A DNA stretch of 64,000 nucleotides from Lama glama (lineage: Eukaryota). Within the stretch, counting starts at the first letter, position 1. The number at the start of each line of letters is the position of its first letter. A program made the translations under genes and the position numbers. This document shows positions 50,319-61,470 of the stretch, piece by piece. The notes below the pieces were generated by a model that worked only from the letters and a program-made list of their open reading frames with translations, did not search any database and was not told where the DNA came from. The stretch is from NCBI GenBank assembly GCA_028534125.1, contig CM052818.1, positions 5,768,001 through 5,832,000 on the forward strand, given 5' to 3'.

Positions 50319-50450
50319 CCAATGCTGACTTTTCTTTAGCATCTCTTGAATGCATAGAAAAATCACTGCCCCTGGGGGTCAAAATCCTCAGGTTTTCCCC
50401 CTCTTACTGTTATCAACTAATTATGTGACCTGGGGCATGCCACATAACCT

Positions 50451-51262
50451 TTTTTTCCCTCCAGTTTTATTGAGGTATAATTGAAAAATAAAATTGTATG
50501 TATTTAAAGTTTACAATGTAATGATTTGATATATGTATGCATTGTGAAATATTCACCTCAATCAAGTTAATTAGCACATCCATCACTTCAAATACTTACC
50601 TATTTTTTTGTGTGGTGAGAATGCTTACAATCTATAGTCTTAGCAAATTTCAAGTATACAACATTATTAAATATAGTCACCATACTGTGCATTAGATTCT
50701 CAGAATTTATTAATCTTGTAACTGAAATTTTGTACTTTTTGACCAATATCTGACCGTTTTCCACATCTTCCAGGCCCTGGCAACCACCATTCTACTTTCT
50801 ATTTCTCTGAGTCTAATTTTTTTTTAAAGTCCACATAAAAGTGATGCCATACAGTATTTGTCTTCCTGTGTCTGCCTTTTTTCATTTAGCATAATGCTCT
50901 CTAGGTCCATCCATGTTGTCATAAATGGCAGAATTGCCTTCTTCTTTATGGCTGAATAATATTCCATTGTATATAATATCATGTCTTCTTTATCCAGTCA
51001 TCTGTCAACAGACACTTAGGCTATTTCCACATCTTAGCTATTATGAATCATTCTTCTAAGAAATGGGGGAATGCAGAAAACTCTTTGCGGTACTGATTTT
51101 ATTTCTTTTGGTTGTATTCCCAGAAGTGAAACATTGGATCATATGGTAATTCTATTTTTAATTTTGGGGGAAACCATTATACTGTTTTTCATAATAGCTG
51201 TACTAATTTATATTCCCACCAACAGGGTACAACGGTTCCTTTTTCTCTACATTTTCACCAAC
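50451..51262 (-). mobile_element. 5'-truncated L1MA-type element inserted into a MIR
   Basis: ttttattgaggtataattg...ttagcaaatttcaagtatacaac...; MIR halves on both sides. Confidence 0.85.
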
Positions 51263-51367
51263 ATATAAACCTCTTACATTACAGTTTTTCTATTAATAAA
51301 ATAAAGGATAAAACAAGATGATCTAGGATGTCTTATATATGAATAAGTTCCAGATTCATAGTCGATC

Positions 51368-51760
51368 AATCATTCATTCAATTATTCTGCAAGTTCTCAT
51401 TGTATGCTGATTATCTGTGAGGCGGTGTGCTAGGGGCTGTGCATACAATAGAAAATGGATGTGACCCTTGCTTTCATGGAGTTTACAGTTTCTAGAGAGC
51501 AGAGAGGCCATTCTTAATCACCCAGGTAAATCTGTAACTATGCTATGAAGGGCTCTTGAAAGAAGGCAGTATGATTCTATGAAAGCTTTTAACAGAAAAG
51601 ACCTGGCTTAATCTGAGAGGACAGTGAAGATCTGGAAATGTCTCCACAAGCACAAAATATTGCAGATGAAACTTGAAGGAGAAGTAACAGATAACTGTTG
51701 AAGGGGGTAGGGAGAACAGAATGGCCCAGGGAGAAACTAGCATGTGCAAAGGCCCTGAGA
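51368..51760 (-). mobile_element. L2 fragment
   Basis: tcattcattcaa...gtgctaggggctg...catggagtttacagt...gcatgtgcaaaggccctgag. Confidence 0.7.
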
Positions 51761-51768
51761 GCAAAGAC

Positions 51769-53100
51769 CAGTAGTCCCCAAAGTGGGCTGTGAAAAATGA
51801 TCCAGTGAGGTAGGTGTAGAAAGAAAGTATAAGACTCTATAAATATTTTTCAATAAAAATAAGACATAGGTTAAGCTTTACTAGTATTTAAGATATAGAA
51901 TGACACATGTGGCCTCATTCCTTCACTATCCCAGTCTCATGTGATAAGTGAGCATTCTAAGAAGGAATGGAAATTCCCAAAGCCTCTGAGTGATCCACAG
52001 TGTCCTTACTTGCTCACTCAGCATGTAGAGACACATTGGAGTTTATACCTGTGTCATCCTGACTGGCAATTATAGCTGATCATATCGGTTTAAATTAATT
52101 CTCACTAAATGGACAAGTAGCTTAAAAGGATTCCAGGAAGAAAATCATCAACTGAAGATAACACTGAACAAATAATGCACGCACAGAGGGGCAGCAGGCA
52201 CATGGCAGAACTGCCTTCTGCTCCTCACACACACTCTTTCTTTGTCTTCCTATCAGGTAAAAATGAAGATGTAGTAAGTCAGATCCGATCAGAGTTAGAG
52301 AAAAAAGGAAGGGATCAAAATGATCAGCAAGGTTACTTGAAATAGGTATTTATATCCATTCGGAATCTTCCCTTAAGCTAACAGTAAGGAAGAAGACACT
52401 GCCTTTTGAAAGGAATTTGGTACACTGAAGAAAGCATTTGGAAAATGGATCCTAGGAAATATTTCCAACTTGATATGATTTTTATTCTTGAAAAAAACCA
52501 TGCATATCTCCTACAAAATTGCTCGAACCTCTACAGTTTAAAAACTTGGAAACTAAAATGATCTAATCTGTTTTAAAACCCTCCAGATAAAGAGTTTCAG
52601 TGAATTTGGAGCTAGTATGTTAACAATATCAATGTGCCACACCCCCTGATTCTTTTCTAACAGGGAAGCTGGAAATTTACCTGTAGAATTTCAACAAGAA
52701 CTCTTTGGTAATTGGAAGATGTGGTTGTAAGGTGAGCATAAACATGACACTTTGGAGGAGAGGAGGATAGAGCTCAGTGGTAGTGCCTGTACTTAGTATG
52801 CATGAGGTCCTGGGTTCAATCCCCAGTACCTCCATAAATAAGACATAAATAAATCAATAAACCTAATTACCTCTCCCAGCCAAAAAAGCTTTGGTAAGTG
52901 TAACCAGTGGTGAGTTTCTTCCATTCTGATATATACATCTTTGCAAAGTAACCATTTTAGTTTTGCCAGACAATAAAATCAGATATTTTAAAACAAAATG
53001 GAGATTTTGAATGATAATGAGAAACAGTCAATAACCAAGTACACACATTAATATATTAGGTGAGAGCAAAAAGGTGTTTTGCCTCGTTAAAATAAGATAA
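51769..53100 (+). mobile_element. Decayed hAT-Charlie-like DNA transposon (right boundary uncertain)
   Basis: TIR-like cagtagtccccaaagtggg at 51769; transposase-start-like atggacaagtagcttaaaagg at 52109; no intact ORF. Confidence 0.45.
52756..52887 (+). mobile_element. tRNA-derived SINE, Vic-1-like
   Basis: agctcagtggtag...gaggtcctgggttcaatccccagtacctccataaa...aaacctaattacctctccc. Confidence 0.88.
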
Positions 53101-54554
53101 AAATGACTTTAAATATTCATGTCAAAAAGATTATCCTTTTCTAATTTTTATTTAATGTTTTCTAATATGTAATACTTAATTTACAAATTAACAAGTATAG
53201 TAGAGTGATGGTGCATGCTTATTTTTTCAACTGATTTTAAACATTACAAATGATAGAAGACCATCGGTGCTGACCTGAGTGTTAAGAGCTTTTGGGGAAG
53301 AGATGCCACTGTGGGTTCAAGGTTTCCGGAAGAGGGATTTGCTCTGTTCAGAAGGCGTGGAGCAGCTGAATCAATTGTTCAACGATCTGGTCATGCTGTA
53401 GTACCATTTATAGCTACAGATAGATTCCTAATTTGTAATTCACTCCACGCAGGACAATGAACCAACTGTCTGATGATAGGTGGTGATAATAATTTAGTAA
53501 TATTTGTCATTTCAGCTCTCAAGCAAAGTTCACACTCCACCAAGCAAATGGACCATTGATCAAACATGGGTTTGTTCAGGTGACAACTATATTATAGGGT
53601 CTGTTTATCTCACGGGCACTTAGGAAATTCAGTCCCTAAATGGATCCAGATGATCTAGCTGTTTCTCTCGTGTGTGCATGTGTGTGCGTGCATGCGCACT
53701 CACACATGTGTGTGTGATATACCAGGAAAGCTAAGAAGCAAAGGCAGCAGAAAAAAATAAAAAATATCAGAATAAATACAGCACCAATATTTTGTGTATG
53801 TGTGTGTCCTGGGGGATTTTACTCATTCCCGTTCAATCGTGGTCTTCCCTTTCTGTATAGTATTTTCTATTTTCTTCCATGATACGTTCCGGGGCACTAA
53901 AAGTCATACTCTCCTATGTGCACGGGTCACGCTGAAGGGGTGAATCAATGTTCAAAATGGTTGTAAGTCACTTCACCTTGTTTTAATGTGCAGTCTCGAG
54001 CTGACAGAGGAAAGTCGTCTCCGTAATCCAGGCTCATTTCTACAAGGAGTCGCACCAGTCACAGGGCATCTGGAAAGAGGCACAGATCACTTTCTTTCCC
54101 ATGTTTACATTTCCTCTGGGTTCTTCTCTCCAGCCCTTCGGTTGCTCAGAGTGATGACTTGTTCTGGGGCTTCTGCATCTTCCTTCTCGGAGACCAGTGC
54201 TATAGAAATGACAATATCTCACCGAGATGATAGTGTGTCCTTTAGCTTCCAAACAGAAACGTAGCCCATTGCAAAAAATTTCTTAGGGATATTCAAGGTC
54301 ATTTTTGTTGCAAGTTTCCTACAAGTAACATAATACATAGAACGATTTCAAAATCAGCCTTCCAGAAAGCAAATACTTCGATTTACAGTTAATTTATGAT
54401 TGTTTCCAAATTGCTTCTTTCACCTCCTATCCCACGGCCCCCTTACCGCAGAAGCCCACCAAAATAACTCTGCTGTGCTTTAAAATGGATGCTGTAAAGA
54501 TGGCATTAAGCTGTCCACGAATAGATCAGAGAAATATCAGATTAAAATCCCCTA

Positions 54555-54715
54555 ACAGCACAGGGAACTATATTCATTTCCTTGTAATAATATATAACAG
54601 AAAAGAATTCGAAGAGAAAAAATACATATGTATGTATATGTATAACTGAATCACTTGGCTGGACACCTGAAACCAACGTTGTAAATCAACTGCACTTTAA
54701 TAAAAATTTTTAAAA
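54555..54715 (+). mobile_element. L1 3' end fragment
   Basis: agcacagggaactatattca...actgaatcacttggctggacacctgaaac...gtaaatcaact. Confidence 0.8.
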
Positions 54716-55051
54716 AATCACTTAACATGTTAGAAGCAAAATTAAAGTAGGAACACGCCAAATGACTTGTTAAATTGTAAGTAACTCTTTACCAAATAAA
54801 TAGCTCTTTCAAACGCCACCGAGTCAACATGAAGAGGCCAGGGCGATATCAAAGAGGTAAAACAGCTTGGCTGCTAATGAATAAATGTATGTAAACACAG
54901 CTTTAACGTAAAGAGGTAATTTCTCTGCAATCGTCCTCTTCCTCCACCCCCCTAAAAATGTCTGTAAATCTGTTAATAGTCTATCCTCTTCTATGCATAA
55001 TCAAATAAAGTAGAGAAATAGCTAATACTAAACAGTGGTTCAACGTAATTC

Positions 55052-55078
55052 TAATAATAATAATAATAATAATAATAA
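55052..55078. repeat. (TAA)n microsatellite
   Basis: Nine TAA units. Confidence 0.9.
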
Positions 55079-56599
55079 CAGCTAACTTGTCAAAAATCAC
55101 TAAGTAGATGGCAGGAACCATGCTAAGAACTCTATGTCCATTATCTCATGCAGACCAAGGAGCAGGGTTAAGTAACGTTACCAGTTAATGCAGCTGGTCG
55201 GTGGTGGACTGGATGTTGCATCCGGGCTCTTTGACCCCAGAGTTCACATGTTTAATTAGTGTGCCGTTTTACCTCATCCACATTTATTTCCTGGTGACTT
55301 AATATCGAATGAGCCACAGTAACCCCTCTGTAATACTTTTCCTCCTACAAGTGCTTGGCAGTCATCAATGTTTATAACTTTTCCTTGTCTCACTCACATT
55401 TCATAATTACCTACTTTCCAAATACATTTTTTCTACTCGTATCCATGTGGTTAATGTCCCTGTTTCGTCACAGTTCTCAGCGGTCCATAGCAGGCATCCA
55501 ATTAGAAGTTCGTTGAATGAATGAGCGAATATTTAGTTATTTCCAAGCAAAGCCCTCTCTTATGTCAAAGGGAATCATTTGTTTTGACCACTCTGCCTTC
55601 TTAACTCTGGTTCTCCTTTTTGATATATTTTCCGCTTAGGAAAACATCGGAAACCCTCTAACCCATTGTAAAATTCATTTCTTGCATCTAGCACTTCATG
55701 CGTGCGCACACACACATACATCTTAATTTGATTTTTTGCAAAAGTTGTGCTGGCAGTTTGCAATGGGTTTTTTGAAGTCATTGCTGGCTTCATGCTCCAG
55801 AGCGCCATAGGCTGATTGTGTAAAGTTCCCTCCTCCTTTCCTGGGAGGGAGGCTCCCCTATTGCACAGATGTTTTTCCAATTTTTCTTTGGTTTACTAAA
55901 ACTCAATTTATACCAGTGATCTAACTCCATGAATATATAATACCCACTGAGTAGCAGGCATTCAGGAAGCTATCAGAAACTGTCAGAATCCCTTGCAGTT
56001 CTGAGTGAGTGACTGATGGAGCAGCCCTAGGTATTTCTGAGACTCCGTAGGAAAAGAAGTGTCTGTGGATTTATGTCACCTTGTGGAGTTCCCAGTGATC
56101 AGCTCTTGGGCATTGTTTAAAAACTCTTTCAGGAAAAGTGACATTTGTAAATTGATTTGTGCAAACACATATACGTTGTTTATTACCTTGTCGTTTGCAT
56201 GATGAGTTAGTTTTCTTCTGCTGAATACTTTTCATTCCTGGAGAATCCTGAAGACGAGGACCATTCAAAGTTGGAAGATGAAACCAGTGCAGGGGCTGTT
56301 GATGCAATGAACAATTCTTCCAGGATTCTCTGTTCCAAGATACTATTTGAAAATATTCAACTATGATCGATTCTCCGATCTCTGGTTTGTTTTTATTGTC
56401 TTTCTCCCTGTGGGCGCTTTCATGTGTATGTATTTGAATGAAGGCATGTGAGACTGAAATTACTGTTAGACATAGTCTATGCGTGATGACTTTCTACACA
56501 AATGGTGGCGTGTTGTACTCACATCTCTATACCTTGTCTTTTGCATTCAACAAAGGATCTTAGATGCTATTTCATACTCCAAAGCTATAGTCGACGTTT

Positions 56600-57050
56600 G
56601 ATAGCTGTCTACTGGTGGTCCATTCCCTCCTCCTTTCCTTAAGTCCTCAGATTTTCATTTACTCATCTGACCTTCCCACAAAGCGCCCAGGAAGCACCCT
56701 GGGCCGACTGGCCAAAGCTAATCAATACTTCCCCCTCCCGTGGCATCCACAAGCTTCGACAGTCAAGATGACCTTCAGGACTCGTGCTTGGAATGCTGGG
56801 GCAGAGGCCCTCTCCTGGTCCTTGGAATGGAGCAAGAAACCCTAACCACTGTTGGTAAGTCTCCCACCACCAGGGAAGAACCACACTTGGAGCGCAGCTA
56901 TTATCCTGGACAGAAAAGCAAAGAGACGGGAAGAAGCTGAATCCTTGGGGATTTCTCCTTTATGTGACCCAATAAATCTCCTTTATTATTTAAATCAGTT
57001 CACAGTGGATTTTCTGTTACTTGCAACATAAAGACTGTTAACTGATTCAG
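56600..57050 (+). mobile_element. MLT1-type (MaLR) solo LTR
   Basis: 3' end ccaataaatctcctttattatttaaatcagtt...gattttctgttacttgcaac...aactgattca. Confidence 0.65.
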
Positions 57051-57261
57051 GTGCATATAAATCTACCTCCTTCTTTTTAACGGCCTTCGTGTGAACACAT
57101 CACAATATACTAATGAACATTCAGGCTGGTCCAGTGCGCTTGTACGAACCGAACGTACTGCAACAAGTCACGTGACGCGTGTCTTCACAGACATGTTCCA
57201 AACCATCAGTAAGATAAATTCTTAAGACGTCGAATTGGAGATTTGGGGATGTGTGTATTTT

Positions 57262-57456
57262 TTAAAATTGAAATATAGTTAGTTTCTGGCGTACAGCATA
57301 GTGATTCAGTTATACATATATAAACTCTTTTTCTTATCCCTTTTCATTATAGTTTATTACAAGCTATTGAACACAGTTCCCTGTGCTATGTAGTAGGACC
57401 TTGTCGTTTATCTATTTCGTATAGTTTAGTTTTAATCTGCTAATCCCAAACTCCTA
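57262..57456 (-). mobile_element. L1 3' end fragment with degenerate TSD
   Basis: tacagcatagtgattcagttatac...gttccctgtgctatgtagtaggacc; flanks atttggggatgtgtgtattttt / atttgggggatatgcatgttttt. Confidence 0.85.
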
Positions 57457-57689
57457 ATTTGGGGGATATGCATGTTTTTAATTCAATAGACTATTCTTGG
57501 AAATACAAAGAGCGAGTGAAAAAGTTGCCTTTAGGATGGAGAAGGTGGTGAAATGAGTATTTTCCACATATTCTTTTTAAATGACTTTTAAAAACCAAGA
57601 AGAATATTGTTTTCCCTGAAAAGGAAAAAAACTGCACTTAGAAGCATTCAATCGTGTATCCTTACAGGCATCTTAGAACTGGTAATCAG

Positions 57690-57810
57690 GTCCAGCCGCT
57701 CCACTGTACAAATGAGGAAGCTGAGTTTCAGGGAAGTTTTAAGGTACTTCCCCGCACGGCAGCTCAGAGCAGAGGAAAATGAGAATCCAGGTTCCCAGAC
57801 TTCTCACTGG
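57690..57810 (-). mobile_element. MIR fragment
   Basis: tacaaatgaggaagctgagtttcaggga. Confidence 0.6.
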
Positions 57811-60164
57811 TGTTCTCCCCTTAACAGGGAGCCTGGAAGCAGATTCTGGGTGGAGATGCTGGAGGCTGTAGCCGTGTGCAGAGGTAAGGCGTCCAGCACT
57901 ACACACGCAGCACTAACCTCATTAGTACTCAGGCTGGAGTTGCAACTGCCCTTTGTCACAATGAATCAAGCATATGAATAAATCCTAAAACAGTGAATTC
58001 TTGTCGTGCTCCCTGCAGGGAGGGGCTGAGTTCTATATTAGGGGGAGGAAACGGAGGAATTGAGATTAGGGCCCTAGCAGAGAGAGTGCAGAAGAACCAG
58101 GCCCCCAGCCAGGGGGGCCCCAAGCTGGATCTGAATCTGACTTTTTTCCAAGGAAGTCTCTTACTGAGAAGTGCGCAGAGGAAGGCTGGGCTTTGTTATG
58201 CAAATGCGGAGAGAGGGGCCCTGGCCCAGCCCTTCTTTTTATGGCGCTGAATGTCAGAGGGATGTGTTCTTGGCAGAGGTCTACCCAGACTGCCCTGCTC
58301 CAGGAAGGAAAACAATGACAAGGATGAAACAGTCAAAGCGCCCTGCACAGACTGGGAAAAATTAAAACCTTTTCCCAAAATTGAAACTCATGCCTGGGAG
58401 ATGGAGGAGTGTTCAAGAGTTTACTTTTAGGTTAAACAAAAAGGTCACAGGTGTGTTTATTTCTTGGACCAATTAGAAAAAATCTCTTAATATCTCCCAT
58501 CTCCAATTTCTTCATTTCAAATTCTCCTCACGCCAGTGACACATGCTTGGTGCGTCTCCCTACCCTCAGTTTTCTTTCTTTGTGGAAATTCACTTCTTCC
58601 TCTCTTTGCCCCCAAAGAAAATATGATTCTTAAAAGTGCAAAATGGCATTTAGCACAACACCTTCATTTTACAAATGGGAAAAGCTGATTCCAGTGATTT
58701 AACGGATTTATAGTAAGTCTACGTGTAGCCTGGTCTATTAGCTAGACTTTCTGATGCCCTGCCTCCTAATATCTCTAAATATTAACTCATAGAATCAGCT
58801 TTTAAAAATAATTATGTTCACCAAAGAATAGATGCATCTAACCACATTTACCCATAGTCATTTTTCTAAAACATAAAATATTATTAGCTGCAATTTAGGG
58901 AAAAAATTATCTTTATTCTTAAAGATTCAGGTGGATGACTAAAGGTATGGCATCTCATGGTTATAATTAATTTAAAAATTCTTCAAGAAAAAGATGAACC
59001 AAAATGTAAACCACTGTTAGATCTAGGTGATGGGGAAGATCGGGTCCTTGTACCGTGTTCACAAAACAGTATTTTTCTTTCTATTTGAAGACTTTTTATA
59101 AAAAGAGAGCAGAAATCATACTAGAAATCATACACGAAGTATGTCCTGGAATTTAAAAGTTCCATTTTTCTAAAGAAATACATGTTCATTAACAAAAATC
59201 TAGAAAACGATGGTTTGCAAAGGGAAAAGAAGGCAACTTAACCTGCTCCCAGCCCCATTCAGAGAAAACTAGAATCAGCATTTAGGGGTACGCCCTCTGG
59301 TCAGTGGTCTGTGTATAAATTTACATCCATTTCTCTATAAATGTGGATCCTACTTTACAGTCCATTTATAGTCTCTTTAACTTAACATATAGGAACTATT
59401 TTTCCTTGTTATTGAATTATTGTCCATATTTTTTCAGGACGCAGATTGATTTGCCATTATTTATTTAACCAGTCTCCTATTTTGGTCCATTGTGAGATTT
59501 CCCCCATCTGTAATAATTTGTAGCAAAGTCTCTGATGAGCCTTTCTGAGCCCAAGCCACACACACCCTGATGACACCCTCAGTGGCATTTCAAAATCTTT
59601 CTTACCCGCCAGCCACTGTAGGTAATAAAGGCTTTACATGCATTATCTTATTTGATCTCCTAACTGACGAAATACATGTTTTTACTACCCTCATTTCATA
59701 GGTAAAAACTGTAGGCTGAAAGGTAAGGCCCTAGACTTAAACATGTGTCTAGGAATCCCCAAAATTCATGTTCCGAGAGACCAAGCTCCCCTGCTATGTG
59801 TCCTGGAATTGCTATGAACCGCTCAGAGATTTGGGATTCATATCATCTTATTGCCTTACAAAAAGGTTATAGCACTCATCTTCCCATGCCGTTGTTTTAT
59901 CTTTTAAGGGGGTGCTGGATTGATTTAATTGTGAATTTTCATTGTTTATGCAAACAATTGACTTTTCTTAAGAAGAAAATGTCTTCAAGATCATAGGTAC
60001 ACTTTGTCCCCTTCACCTCCATATCTTCTTTCACTTCTTTTGGATTTTAAAAACCGGCTAAGTGGTGTTCATTGGCTTAAATGAACATGTCAGTGGCTCT
60101 GGTTTCTCTCCATGTCTGACTGATGTCATTGCAACAGGATCATGGTAGGGAATGCTAGAGACAG

Positions 60165-60511
60165 AGTAAAATTTGTGTTTTTCTCTGTTTCCTGGGCAGA
60201 CAGCTACACTTACATTTTCTAGGCTTCCTTGCAGGTGGGATTAGCCATTTGATTGAATCATAGCGATGGAGGGTGAGTTGATGCAGCCAGTCAAGCTCCC
60301 TTCTAAATGATACGATAGGGACAAGATGCGGGACCATGGAAATGATATCTTGAAGATGACATAACATCTTCCTGCTGAGGTCCCTGAATGAAATCACAGC
60401 ACAAAATATTGGACTGTTATGTGAACGAGAAGAATAAAATTATGTTGTGTTGAGCCATTGAAATTTTGAGCTTTGTTTGGTACAGCAGCTAACCTTATAT
60501 TAACCAATACA
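60165..60511 (+). mobile_element. MLT1-type (MaLR) solo LTR
   Basis: ggactgttatgtgaacgagaagaataaaatt...gagccattgaaatttt...tttggtacagcagcta...accaataca. Confidence 0.7.
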
Positions 60512-60819
60512 AAGATTTTTGCTTTATATATTTTCAAGACCATTGACACCTCTGCTGGATTCTTTCCCATTTGTCAAGGGAATCTGATGTCCTTGCACTG
60601 ATGCTCCCTTATATCAAAGTTGCACAAGTTTAACATTTGCTCTGAAAGATGCTATTTTCTTGGGGAGGAATAAAATGACAATCTCGTTTATCTCTGCTGT
60701 TTTTCAAAACATGCATTCCTTTCTTTTGCATTTCAGGGACAGAAAAGTAAGTTAATCGTTCTCATCAGTTCTTTGCACACTCCCAACACTGATCTCTGAA
60801 GGATCCCTCACTTGTTAAA

Positions 60820-61470
60820 ATTATATATTTTTCCTTCACTCCCAGTATTTCCATTTCTTTTCCTCTAGTAAATATACATTCTGGGGTGTTTGATAGATTC
60901 ACATGGATTTGTACATATTTTTGTTGCACTGGTTTGTTGTGTTACTGTGTTTTTAATTTACTTATGTAAAATTGCACTATAGCTCTCATTTCTTATCATT
61001 TTCACACACAAAACTGTTTTATATCTTATCCATATTTGTCTCTAATTTATTAATTCTCCTTGTTGCACAGAATACCATTCCATCTTCTCCTAGAGATGGA
61101 CCATCTAGATTGCCCCTCCACTCACCACCACTACTAAGAACACAGTGGTGATTGGTATGTGTGCCTGTAAGTCTGTGTGGGAGGATTTCTCTGGCAGTTA
61201 TGTGGGATTGCTGAGTCATGGGACCTAAGTCCTGCTGGGTTGTTCTGCAGAACGGCTCAGCCATTTACCATCTCCATGTATGAAGGTTCTCATGGCCCTA
61301 CGTCATGCTCACCCTTTGGCACTGCCTTCCCTTCCCATGTGTTTCTATTCTGGTACGTGCAGAATAAAATTTCATCTTTGTTTCAGTTCATGAATCCCTG
61401 ATTAATCACAAGTGTGTGCATCTCTTAAGTAATGTCTTAGCCATTCACCTTCCCCTTCTGCAAACTACCT
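60820..61470 (-). mobile_element. Very old L1 (L1ME-like) remnant
   Basis: Degenerate L1 3' motifs such as gggattgctgagtcatggg and cttagccattcaccttccccttctg. Confidence 0.5.
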
